The notes below the pieces were generated by a model. That model was not told where the DNA came from. It did not search any database and saw nothing but the letters and a program-made list of their open reading frames with translations. Shown piece after piece: positions 12,101 to 19,058 of a stretch of 64,000 bases of DNA. This DNA is from an uncultured Eubacteriales bacterium (GTDB lineage: Bacteria; Bacillota; Clostridia; Christensenellales; CAG-314). The translations under genes and the position numbers were made by a program. The stretch spans positions 1,513 through 65,512 of the forward strand of contig CARAIG010000061.1 in assembly GCA_948938605.1 (NCBI GenBank), written 5' to 3'. Positions within the stretch are counted from its first letter, which is position 1, and each line of letters starts with the position of its first letter.

Positions 12101-15100
12101 CTGTCGGCTTAATTATAAATTTACCCGCGACGGATTTAATACGGTAATTGCCCGAATTAACCAAGTAATAGTATCTGCCGTCGGAGTCTTCATAAATAGT
12201 TGCAGGCTCTTTATTTGCCACAACGGCAAAATGTAAGTATTCTCCTGCGGGAGCCATATTAGCCCAAATTTGTTCCGTATGGCTTTTTTCATAGCTGTAT
12301 GTTCTACAAATTACGGAAATAGAACTGTCCAATGCGTTTTCGGGTGTGTAGCCGCTATAACCGGAATCATAACCTTCCCCGTAGCGGTGATTGAGTATGT
12401 CCTTAGCGTAAATAGTAACTTCGATGGGCGTTACTTCAAAAGTAGCATACATCTTAACTTGACCGCTTTCGTTTATGTATTTTACACTCAACGAATAGTC
12501 GTCGTTTATCGACCTTGCTCTTAATCTGTACTTACCTGCATTAATCTTGCCGTCGCTGTTAGGCGTTACTGCGCCGCCGCTTTCGGTAGTTAAGTAAATT
12601 TCCACTATGTCTTTTAATTCGTCAGCAGACAAGTCCAAATTAAGTGAATAAATACCGCTGCCGTCAACACGCGGAATGTACAAATTAATGTCGTCGCCGT
12701 AGGGAACCTGTGTTCCGCCGTACAGCGTTATTTCCAACGTTTGCGAACTTACGCTAAAACTGTCGGCAACCATTGTTACCGTATAGTTTGTAAGCGTTAC
12801 AACATATTTGTTGTCAGTAATAGTCGACGGTACGTCTTCACCTTCCCAAACGGGTACTACAATGTAACTTCCGCGGGCAAGCGAACTGTAATTCGACGGA
12901 TCGACAAGGCTTAACTGTCCGTTACTGCTTACGGAATATACAGCAAGGGACAACTTGTTTTCGCCGTCGTTATTGAAAAATTCACCGTCTACTTTATAAC
13001 CGTTTAGAATTAATTGTTCACCTATGGTTAAGTTTGCAACGTTGTTTGCAGTGACCGTTACTTGCGCGCGGTCGATTGTAATTGTAAACGAAGTGTTAGT
13101 TGCACTTTCGTACGTGTAGTTGCCCGCTTCGGCACCGCTTAATCCTTGAACGGCAAATACGTAAGTGCCTGCATTTTGTGCGTCGCTGCCGTCCAACGTT
13201 ACGTTTACTGCGGGCAGTCCGTCAGCCACTACTGCGGCAACCGTAACCGTATGCGTATTACCGTTGTATGTAAAGTTAGCAGATGTATTTACCGTAGGAG
13301 TGCCGTCTAACGACCATTGCAAGGTTATGCTGCGCTTTGCAACGGTTAATTCGCAATTGCGCGTATAAGTAAGGTTTTCCGTAGTGCCATCGGTTGTCAA
13401 TGTGTAATCTACAATTACTTTTACGTAATAAGTGCCTGCGTTACGGGGCAAACCGTTAATTAAATCAGCGTCTGCAACAGGTTCGGTACGTTGCAAATCG
13501 GTGTAAAATTTGTATGTAACGCCGCCGTAAGTTACGCCTTCTGCGGGGTTTTTGGTTACTGTAAATACGTCGCTTATACCTAAACTTCCTAAAATGTTAT
13601 CGCCGAAAGTATAAGGTTTTACATTGACCGTTACGCTTACCGCGCTGGAACTTACAACGTATTCCATCCGCGCTGTTTTACCGTCGGGACTTACGGTATA
13701 TTCGCCGTCTAAGGGCTGCTTAAATACGCAGCTGCCCGCAAATTCGTCCTTTATTACAATAAGTACGTAATATTGACCTTCCTTATATTTACTGCCGTCC
13801 TTGTCCTGCGGAGTACTGCTTGTAACATCACTGCCGACTACACCGTATTTAAGTTCGTAAACCGCAGTTGTACCGCCGTTAACAAAGCCGTTAAACGTAT
13901 TCGCAAGGTCGTCGTATTCGTCGTTTACCGAAATGTTGGTTTTAGGCAACGTCGGATCGAACTCCGCTTGTTCGACAACGATAAAGTTGTTCCAAGTGTA
14001 ATTGACGTTTGTTCCGCCGGGGTTAATGTCCCCGCCCGCCCAACAATAGTTTACGGCAAATTCCGTAGTCAATGAAAACGTTACAGAATAACTGCCCGCA
14101 TAAGTAAATTTAAAAAATTGATCTCTGTCTATTTGAGCGTCGTTATTGTATGTTTTACCGTTTAAAGTGCGGATGATAGGTACATTTTGTACACGCAACA
14201 TAAACGGAGCAAATATGTTGTCTCCCTCACTGTCTACGCGCCATTCCGCCAAGCCTTTTTCAATCAAATACGATTCCAAATCTTCCGTTTGCAACGAACC
14301 GTTAAATTGGTATGTCGCAATGGGAGTTCCGCTGAAATCGGACAATTGCTTGCGGTAAATTGTATACAAATGACCCACATTGGTTACGCCTTCGGATTGC
14401 AACACAAAGTTATCGGCGCTTGCTCCGCCTATGCTTTTTACTTTGTAGTGGTAATGTCCTGCATCAACGGGCGTTCCAATAGGAACGGCAACGCCGTCCG
14501 CAATAGTAGTATCCGTACATTCAAAAGTCAATGTCAGTTTATTATTATCCGCACTTAAAATTGTCGGCAAATTAAGTTCGTAATCGTTTTCGCCGAACGG
14601 TATGCCTTGACCGGTGTATACACGGTCTTTACGGTCTAGCCAGTTGATATCAGTTCCCGTTAATTCGTATGGGGAAATAATAAGTTTATAATTGTATTCG
14701 GCAGTATCGCCTGCAAATTTGTAACCTTGCTTGGGCTTAATGTTTATTTCGTAGGTGCCCGCGTTTTTCATTTCAAACGTATCGGGATCGACCTTTTCGC
14801 CGTTAACGGTAACTATCCAGTTTTTACCGCTGTCGTGACCATCCTGCTCGATAGGCAAGTTCCATTTGTTTTCATTGCCCGAATAAAACCACTGGGAAAT
14901 TTTATAACCGTAATTTAAATAGTGCACCGAAATAGTATTACCCGCCATTGTCGGAATATAATCACCGCCGGGGAAATCTATACCGTCAGGATTATTAATA
15001 TAATACGATAAATTAGCACTTGCACGCGGTAATGAAGGGGCGGCTATTTCTATCGCACAGGTAATATATTTAAAACCGTCTTCGCTTTGTTCGGGCAAAC

Positions 15101-16271
15101 GGTAGTTAAGATACGTTTTATCACCGCTGCTGTAAGGCAACAAGTTTACTGCCTTGGCATACAAAGTAACGCCGGGAGCCAAATCGGACTTTTGCGCTAA
15201 ATGCTCGAAATCGGCGTCGGTATATATTTGATACTCTAATTTGTATTTTCCGTTTTGGTTATTGTTAGCGTCTATCGTTGGTTTAAAGTTCAACTTACCT
15301 TTAATATCGTCAACCGTTAAAGTAGGCAAATAACTTATAGAACCGTCTTCGTTACCGGTATTAAGCCACGTTCCGCTTGTTCCTGCTTGGGGAGCAACCA
15401 GCGCTTGTTTTACCGTAAATTCAACCGTAGCAGTTAAAGAATTGGGATTTTCAGCCCATTCGTAATTATCGCTCGGCTTTTCGCTTTCGCCGTCTTGCGC
15501 GCTGTCGATAATAGTAAACGAAATTTCGTATCTGCCTGCGTATACAACTGTGAATAATGCTTGGTAGTATTCAACCGCCGAAGTATCTATTCCGTCTTCG
15601 ATTGTACCGCCTTTACAGTCGTAACCTTTTATTTCGATGCTTTGATAGTCGATAACCGATCCCAAATCGAATTTTTGGTTTTCGTCCGCGCGGACTTCAA
15701 ACATTATAGGATCGCTAAAACTGCCCGTATATACATTACCGCCGCTATTTCTAATGAAAGGCGTAAGTTGATTTTTTGCAACTTTTGCATATAAACCAAC
15801 TTCTTCGCCGTTGATAACTGCAACAGCGGTATAAATGCCCGCCTTAGTAACGGTAATGCTTGTATCGTCATAAATAATCGTATTTTCGTCGATATCGGTT
15901 CCGTCAAATGTTTTACCGCTAACCGATTGTATACGTTCAAAGCCGTCGCCTCCGACAACATTGGAAATAATATCTTTTTCAACACTAAAAACACCGTCGC
16001 TTTCAACATTATACATACCTATAACAGGTGCGTTATCGATGTCGGCAGACCACGCCCTGCCGTCGTATTCTTCGCCGTTCGAAAAATCCGACGTAATAGT
16101 TACGCCTAGCGTATCAACAACGGCAGGCTCGCCGTTATTGTCCGCAGACAAAGAACCCTGTCCGTCGTTTGAGTTAACAGACAAGGCGGTAAACGTAACC
16201 GCACCCGCGGCAACGACGACAACCGCCATCACCGCTAAAATTATCTTGGCTTTTTCACTTAGTTTAATCAT
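3198..16271 (-). CDS. Giant cell-surface repeat protein (about 4357 aa from the preferred start) made of tandem MBG/YGX-type Ig-like repeats, with an N-terminal signal-anchor and a C-terminal TM helix plus basic tail
   Basis: Uninterrupted 13.1-kb ORF. The preferred start is ATG 16271 (MIKLSEKAKIILAVMAVVVVAAG), which has GGGGG 5 nt upstream. The track start at 16298 is a TTG with no SD. Dozens of repeats carry YGD/YGE or YTG/YNG/YSG signatures together with NAGTY/NYxV motifs. The C-terminus is FIAAICVVSGLCVGLAVMAVILTLVNRRKKRK. Confidence 0.9.
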   Translation of the reverse strand: MIKLSEKAKIILAVMAVVVVAAGAVTFTALSVNSNDGQGSLSADNNGEPAVVDTLGVTITSDFSNGEEYDGRAWSADIDNAPVIGMYNVESDGVFSVEKDIISNVVGGDGFERIQSVSGKTFDGTDIDENTIIYDDTSITVTKAGIYTAVAVINGEEVGLYAKVAKNQLTPFIRNSGGNVYTGSFSDPIMFEVRADENQKFDLGSVIDYQSIEIKGYDCKGGTIEDGIDTSAVEYYQALFTVVYAGRYEISFTIIDSAQDGESEKPSDNYEWAENPNSLTATVEFTVKQALVAPQAGTSGTWLNTGNEDGSISYLPTLTVDDIKGKLNFKPTIDANNNQNGKYKLEYQIYTDADFEHLAQKSDLAPGVTLYAKAVNLLPYSSGDKTYLNYRLPEQSEDGFKYITCAIEIAAPSLPRASANLSYYINNPDGIDFPGGDYIPTMAGNTISVHYLNYGYKISQWFYSGNENKWNLPIEQDGHDSGKNWIVTVNGEKVDPDTFEMKNAGTYEINIKPKQGYKFAGDTAEYNYKLIISPYELTGTDINWLDRKDRVYTGQGIPFGENDYELNLPTILSADNNKLTLTFECTDTTIADGVAVPIGTPVDAGHYHYKVKSIGGASADNFVLQSEGVTNVGHLYTIYRKQLSDFSGTPIATYQFNGSLQTEDLESYLIEKGLAEWRVDSEGDNIFAPFMLRVQNVPIIRTLNGKTYNNDAQIDRDQFFKFTYAGSYSVTFSLTTEFAVNYCWAGGDINPGGTNVNYTWNNFIVVEQAEFDPTLPKTNISVNDEYDDLANTFNGFVNGGTTAVYELKYGVVGSDVTSSTPQDKDGSKYKEGQYYVLIVIKDEFAGSCVFKQPLDGEYTVSPDGKTARMEYVVSSSAVSVTVNVKPYTFGDNILGSLGISDVFTVTKNPAEGVTYGGVTYKFYTDLQRTEPVADADLINGLPRNAGTYYVKVIVDYTLTTDGTTENLTYTRNCELTVAKRSITLQWSLDGTPTVNTSANFTYNGNTHTVTVAAVVADGLPAVNVTLDGSDAQNAGTYVFAVQGLSGAEAGNYTYESATNTSFTITIDRAQVTVTANNVANLTIGEQLILNGYKVDGEFFNNDGENKLSLAVYSVSSNGQLSLVDPSNYSSLARGSYIVVPVWEGEDVPSTITDNKYVVTLTNYTVTMVADSFSVSSQTLEITLYGGTQVPYGDDINLYIPRVDGSGIYSLNLDLSADELKDIVEIYLTTESGGAVTPNSDGKINAGKYRLRARSINDDYSLSVKYINESGQVKMYATFEVTPIEVTIYAKDILNHRYGEGYDSGYSGYTPENALDSSISVICRTYSYEKSHTEQIWANMAPAGEYLHFAVVANKEPATIYEDSDGRYYYLVNSGNYRIKSVAGKFIIKPTALTIEFTNAGSAVYGDAINLWAQRTDLSDDAQRWLFEYFEARSLQYLQDKLKDLVTVCLVDGEGNELDPSTDKIGATEYQFKFKLKEGASYVLNDGTQDVDELVGGTFTVSPKAITVTLNVNKTTTVYGDSLTDAGITLNYTVASGALIAGDDLGGSVGIYNSSNELITDISKQNVGTSYYAGFDWTNKNYAVTYTKVSFKVVQRTVTVTANDVTSHTYGESFDVSSITWQTATANGHGDAVVNGDNLDIVAKVYSGSSEVTDFTKLTVKDGGYTITLAQGANANANYKVTLVGGKFTVTKRAITIAAQDVTNHIYGSGLTDNELKYEVTSTLGIVNGDDLNIVLAVFDGVNDVTDNVASLVVGNYTIKVSASNPNYEISVENAEFKIIELQVTITFNAGASSVYGEEVNLNDAFTVVGLIGDDKAVVTAKNDSGVAASNKASVGTYHVEVTLSNPNYKVTYVNGDANHRGTYTIEKRTVKIVPQNVNHVYGNELGNNELGYGFAYVCDTASPYTVIDGDDIGISVNIYASNSIVTNVALLDVIDGGYIMTLSCDNSNGNYKVDYGGEAKFVVTPRELTLTFTANGSSSVYGDFTNADLYSESVGTLTNAVNGHVYNNIVNLVLKQADTIPVVAEYEIEAALNDGYKANYTLKVVGAGKYSITQRTVVLNVSKNFSELAYGDSLPANPFSYKADGTGFVNQADEDSLNIKARVYNGQTDVTDSISTQVKGTYTVGLEFTANSNYIIKVNTITLEISLRSITVAFNGGGTSDYGEQVNLYTQQVVDITNANNYLVNGHTFADVIALTATKDGIAMASSNPSAGRYTVNAAIKSDYADKYKLNLVSPVEGVYTVAPRSITITPNNVTNVYGDVLGNKLDNAYTVTGSYAGSAIVAGDDLAITLSIFDGGNKIDIANIPTLGYKDGGYTIKVSYDTTNGNYTVDGTATSVFTVSKRDITIKYINDKTSVYGETAQAAEQLYQVVDGELKNGDVFDITVLNGASEDAYAVNANAGVYTVTVSASDNYAIAYDNGQTGTYTIEKRVISVTNTNPTMQFTPLEGDEYQTAQGAYGKAHNAVLQFTNTVGDIASSEYTITYNTTTGAGQTAGYAPVKAGNYTVTVTLASNGNYAFAGASDGETTNTAELDFTVTKIKFDSTDVRWSETSITIKKDDDSAESKENVLDGFDRFIMDVQIERVLVVDGSKQTVTPTFDDNNILRLTVSGQSSTFFATITLKSSATDNYEFNVEKFIQKFTLTNNVITFLAKQDNAQYSDSLNDYAFKIFVNGDEWKFNQAGAEGELSVMYGKVVGEDDIDKAKAFMEDPEYANGVELKRIESLFDVKFILKQDLPEDFFDIGYYILCVKYDGNVSDGNGQSESLVVRGCNVFEITKKELDIPAFESTTYNGQQQTLVVKYDNEINGVALNTIIRAVYNGNAIGSGSQITGTNAGNYEVHFVIRDGYETRYCWTGGTISDKQVEWTIQTDSAENIDNKYFSVSDITETYGNAIVEQQITPLQGYDGKFTWQYTTRRSGETVAPESGWSGDVPNYAGHFWIKVTLTDDSGHNNFTSKVAYAKLTIDKATLTLTPNGTITYGDAFDPNNGQNKYSFELSGFVYDQNKSVVTGNVTYALVGNIDGTKLDANANGYGLTVEVENGYVKGLTAENYNIVVAEGKLIVDKRAVNVSISSVNDRQYGWTIDLSTVSATSDDVFAQDEVIGNITFKTDANQSSPVGGYRIYTEYSDPNFIITYTNGTYTIIERKVTVTLTNGGGTYNGTITPVTFNATVVDQDGVETALDSSANFVITVLYDGSSTVPHNANNYAVTISANGNSNYVLANSPTLTFTIEKFAVDSRKISTQNKVFTGVAIEPQIIIADDADFTYDVFSVTSGYQDFIDVGDHYKVTLTLTDADNYKWLDVNGDAIEDADIQINFTIDPAGIFAIPYGSITYGTAATDETIKWKFVYALSGQTVPDGIVRLNGDGVQIIFVGEINRERPVANTYKVTLKTDDSGRVIGFESDNYNISLKTDGNGEVVYGDYVVKKKQITIVAGSSTSIYSQTPADFLSNTFTLKVGESLAWDDEIDVIKNYTPSIDATASSNVGKYDVTATVEADNYKVTVEIGTHEILPIKVKVDLTATDGVYHGTNAAYSVSSISATNLTGYVFESGFQNRLIYKVTGTQNDGTSYESLTGVIPQNAGSYSVTASLDNANDNFEIDVVNDATFDIAKKVIDESGISIGSKVYSGTAQSHGLSDNDGYTVSNQTFTVAGSHTVTLTLVNTYNYAWKNTAGNTVDKTFVITKANLTLTPYGTITYGESFANSTSKFGFELKGLRGDDEGKANDEIVSGIVKYLLGDGVDGTKLTVQDGGYVMYADISGIECDNYTVHAAAGKLTVNKRAITIRPVGSESVYGEKVILSQQFEVVKGTLANGDDNSVITYLAVTTANETSDADSYGITATAQNANYEITVLNGTHTINKAKVGVRIRPINGTYGESAARIEFMTVVVIKSDGTVEAVKNLQFNVNYSGTAYDGTTFNGSVVPSKAGIYEATVTGVVSKNYELDRTYSSGIYSTILEVFKREIDADKIKAKTASYTGKAIIPEIDDKFYNAEGQTKIYNTIFTGSLINVGIYDLTLSLIDINNYAWVDNLNRTTTIKFEIVKADNSLVDKDNPNAPADSIKVEISDWTFGETVSAPKASVISGEQNIVFEYATSENGSYTTEVPHNAGEYWVRATVAASDNYNAFVSRATKFVISKKTVNAPAVTNLNENSVYTGSMLSLIINGFDDQIMSLTLDDDMYRSDNNGQLNLLALNANTYKAVFKLRNSNNYQWSDTADVVDGAIVVNWTVERQVVKRIPDATNKLIVNGEDIIFIPEGFNSGIMTIENNVHAHEGYYSAVITLKDTDNYVWEDTESASITVNFELTGTNTAFIAAICVVSGLCVGLAVMAVILTLVNRRKKRKEAQAIDERSRADGWEGE

Positions 16272-16537
16272 ACAAACCCCCATTCTGCCGTTTGACAACA
16301 GGAAAGATTTTTAAAATTTAAAATGTATAAAGCAAAAAAATTGTTTTATTTAACACCCGCAACCAATGAGTTGCCCTTTTTTACTGCGTTTTACCGCGCA
16401 ATAAGCAATGCAGTGCAGTAGCGCCGACTGTTTTGCGGCGGCATTCAATTAGGTTAGCAACGTAATTGGAACACTGCAAAGTTTAGGCGGCGTAAAATTA
16501 AGCAAAACCCCGTATTGCGATGTTGATTGAGTTTAGT

Positions 16538-16765
16538 TTATTTAAGGCTTTCAAGTTCCTGTTTAAGCTTACGCAAATTTTCGCGTTCAACTTCAATTAA
16601 GGAAGTGTACACGCGGAAATACTGCGCATCCTGATCGCTTAGTTTAGTGTTAAGCAATATGGATTGAAGTAACGCTGTTTTAGAGCGGTTGCACTTTTTT
16701 TCCAATTCGTCAAGTTCCTTTTCGCTTGCCATAATAGCGCGTTTAAGATCGCTTTTTTTCGACAT
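16538..16765 (-). CDS. Small coiled-coil protein (75 aa) of unknown function
   Basis: ATG is preceded by AAGGAGAATCGAT. The sequence is charged and heptad-like (EKELDELEKK...ENLRKLKQELESLK). It has its own consensus-like promoter. Confidence 0.7.
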   Translation of the reverse strand: MSKKSDLKRAIMASEKELDELEKKCNRSKTALLQSILLNTKLSDQDAQYFRVYTSLIEVERENLRKLKQELESLK

Positions 16766-16817
16766 ATCGATTCTCCTTAAAAGGGTAGACTACACCCATT
16801 TTATTTAATATACGTTA

Positions 16818-16847
16818 ATTATACACTAGATGTAACTCATATTTCAA
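16818..16847 (-). promoter_or_regulatory. Sigma-A-type promoter for the 75-aa gene: TTGAAA, 18 nt, TATAAT
   Basis: Read on the minus strand as TTGAAATATGAGTTACATCTAGTGTATAAT, about 50 nt upstream of the ATG. Confidence 0.45.
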
Positions 16848-16877
16848 GTATTTTGACAATAAAATTGATGTTTTTAC

Positions 16878-17016
16878 GCGAAATACGCCACTTTTTTTCA
16901 AAAACGCCCATTTTTAAGCAAAAAAATACCCTAAAAAACCGAAAAAGTGGCGTATTTCGCCGTTTAACGGTTTTCGATGCTTAAAAAAGTGGCGTATTTC
17001 GCCGTTTAACGGTTTT
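16878..17016. repeat. Three copies of a GTGGCGTATTTCGC motif: two 33-nt direct repeats and one inverted copy
   Basis: AAAAAGTGGCGTATTTCGCCGTTTAACGGTTTT occurs at 16942-16974 and 16984-17016, a period of 42 nt. The inverse, GCGAAATACGCCACTTTTTTT, is at 16878-16898. Confidence 0.8.
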
Positions 17017-17097
17017 TTAAACCCAACGCTATAAGCCGTAAAAGCACATTTTACTATTCAAATCCGCTGACAAACCAATGATTTTTTGTGTATACAT

Positions 17098-17155
17098 AAA
17101 AAAACCCGACCACTGTTTTTCACAATTTTACTTGCCGTTAAAACAGGGGGGCGGG
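17098..17155 (-). terminator. Probable intrinsic terminator of the GT4 gene
   Basis: On the minus strand, CCCGCCCCCTGTTTT, a 20-nt loop, AAAACAGTGGTCGGG and then TTTTTTT. 13 of 15 stem positions pair. Confidence 0.55.
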
Positions 17156-17182
17156 TTATTTGATTTGACACTGCGCAAAGCG

Positions 17183-18370
17183 TTACCGCTTTGTTTTACC
17201 ACTACGGTCACCGCAGTCGATATTGTATTGTTCTATCGTATTTTTATACATATTCTTCAATTTTTCAACTGCGTCGTCCCAAGAGCAGTACAAGTCGTTA
17301 AAAGCACCGTCACACACACGCAGATAAGCCTGTTCGTCGCTTAAAATTTGTGCGATTTTATCTGCGTATTTTTGCGGATCGGCGGGCGCGATATAGCCGT
17401 TTACGCCATCCGTCACCATAGACGATGTCGCTGCACCTTCGGCAAACAAAGTAGGCGTTTTTTGCGAAGCGGCTTCGATTTGCACAAGAGAATTTGCGTC
17501 GTACAAAGACGGAAATAAAAACAGTTTTGCACGCGAATACAGTGACTTTAACATTTCCCTGTCGGAAACACGCCCTATTATTTTAACCTTGTCGCCTAGT
17601 CCTTGTTTATCAATACGTTTTTGCAGTTCGACTTCGTCCTGACCGCTACCTACAAAAAACATTTTAAAATCGACGTCTTTTAATAAAGCAAGGGAATCTA
17701 CAATAAAATAAATGTTTTTTAGTGCTGTCAACCTACCCACAAACAGTAAAAGCGGCGTGTCGGGAGCAATACCATAGGTTTGCTCTGCAAGTCTACACGC
17801 CTGTCCGATATTTGTAGCAGGCAACATTTCGGTGGCATTGTACATCACTTTGGGCAGTCGTTTTGCGCCGTATTCTAAAAAAATTTCCGCAACTCGACCG
17901 TTTACGGCATAACATTCGTCGCAGTTATTAAAAACCTTCATAACCGTTTTAAGCATAATACCTGTAAGTGCGTTGCTGTGTGTTGCACGATAAAAATCCT
18001 GTTTAAACTGCGAGTGCATCGTCGCTATTACCGGTATGCCGTACTTCTTTGCATAGCGCACTCCCATTTTACCCACACTGAACGGCGAATGTATGTGGAC
18101 AATATCCAAATTACTGTTTTTTAACGTTTTTTTAAACTTGCCGTCGGTTTTCGGCATAGGCAAACGGTAATCCAAAAAAGAAATTTTTGCACTTTTGCAA
18201 CGCACAACGCGGTAACCGAATTCGTCTTTATATTTTTTATCGGCAACGGGACAAAATACAGTCACTTCGAATTCCCCGTCGTTTATGCGTTGAGCATAAT
18301 TATGCACAACGTTTATAACGCCGTCGATCATCGGAAAATAAGTATCGATAAACAAGCCTACTTTGATCAT
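17183..18370 (-). CDS. Family 4 glycosyltransferase (diacylglycerol glycosyltransferase-like)
   Basis: 395 aa. The N-terminus KVGLFIDTYFPMIDGVINVV and the C-terminal region FVGRL...GRVSD...LFLFPSLYDANSLVQIEAAS (EX7E region) are typical of GT4 glycolipid synthases. AGGAG lies 5 nt before the ATG. Confidence 0.85.
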   Translation of the reverse strand: MIKVGLFIDTYFPMIDGVINVVHNYAQRINDGEFEVTVFCPVADKKYKDEFGYRVVRCKSAKISFLDYRLPMPKTDGKFKKTLKNSNLDIVHIHSPFSVGKMGVRYAKKYGIPVIATMHSQFKQDFYRATHSNALTGIMLKTVMKVFNNCDECYAVNGRVAEIFLEYGAKRLPKVMYNATEMLPATNIGQACRLAEQTYGIAPDTPLLLFVGRLTALKNIYFIVDSLALLKDVDFKMFFVGSGQDEVELQKRIDKQGLGDKVKIIGRVSDREMLKSLYSRAKLFLFPSLYDANSLVQIEAASQKTPTLFAEGAATSSMVTDGVNGYIAPADPQKYADKIAQILSDEQAYLRVCDGAFNDLYCSWDDAVEKLKNMYKNTIEQYNIDCGDRSGKTKR

Positions 18371-18560
18371 TGTTGCTCCTAACTAAATAGTATTTTTTTT
18401 ATATATAAACTAAATATTGGCGCATCTAATATGTTTCGGCGTACAAAAACTTGTCCAATATTCATAATGCAAAAAATTTTAAATTGTATATCATATACGA
18501 ATATATCAATACAGTCTTATATTATAATTTGTCACTAGCGACTCTCGGCAAATAATATTT

Positions 18561-18869
18561 CTACTTGTTTTTCAACAAACAGATTATCGCGTCTTTTTTT
18601 AATGAACTTGCATTTTTTAGCAAATCGATGATTTCCTTATCCTGCGCGTAAACTAACGGATCGTAATAAAAAAACTCGCACTCGGTGGAATTACACGCGG
18701 AAATAATATCCAATAATGCCGAAACGGACGGCTCAAAGCTGTCATTTTTGGACTCTAATCTGGAAATATATGCTGAATTTTTGCCTATCCTGAGACTCAA
18801 TTCACGTGCAGACAGTCCCGCCTTTACTCGCATTGTGCTTATACGCTCGATAACACCGTCTTTATTCAT
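18561..18869 (-). CDS. XRE-family helix-turn-helix transcriptional regulator
   Basis: The HTH is LSARELSLRIGKNSAYISRLES. I prefer ATG 18869 (GGAGG 6 nt upstream) over the track's GTG at 18872. Confidence 0.85.
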   Translation of the reverse strand: MNKDGVIERISTMRVKAGLSARELSLRIGKNSAYISRLESKNDSFEPSVSALLDIISACNSTECEFFYYDPLVYAQDKEIIDLLKNASSLKKDAIICLLKNK

Positions 18870-18976
18870 CACGTACCTCCAATACTATTATAGATAATCG
18901 CCGTTATAACAGGTATTGATGTCACGTGTAAAAATTTTATAATATGAAACAATATTGCATTTATAAGTGCATTTAG

Positions 18977-19005
18977 TTGTGTTCCACGTGCATTTATGTT
19001 AGAAT
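18977..19005 (+). promoter_or_regulatory. Candidate promoter of the GT28 gene: TTGTGT, 17 nt, TAGAAT, overlapped by repeated TGCATTTA motifs
   Basis: Hexamers read directly from the sequence. GTGCATTTA is at 18967-18975 and 18988-18996, TGCATTTA at 18956-18963, and CACGTG at 18923 and 18985. Confidence 0.4.
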
Positions 19006-19058
19006 AAATAAAAGTTTTTGCACAAAAAAATACATTTTTATGATTAGAGGTATCTGCA

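Noticed and set aside
16272-16537. Possible c-di-GMP (GEMM-I/II) riboswitch in the region upstream of the giant adhesin gene
   Set aside because: I could not recognise the conserved GEMM cores by eye. A candidate promoter close to the start codon would leave only a short 5' UTR. A cmsearch against Rfam would settle it.
16942-17016. Direct repeats as a possible mini-CRISPR array
   Set aside because: There are only two direct copies separated by 9 nt, plus one inverted copy. There are no spacers of CRISPR length and no cas genes.
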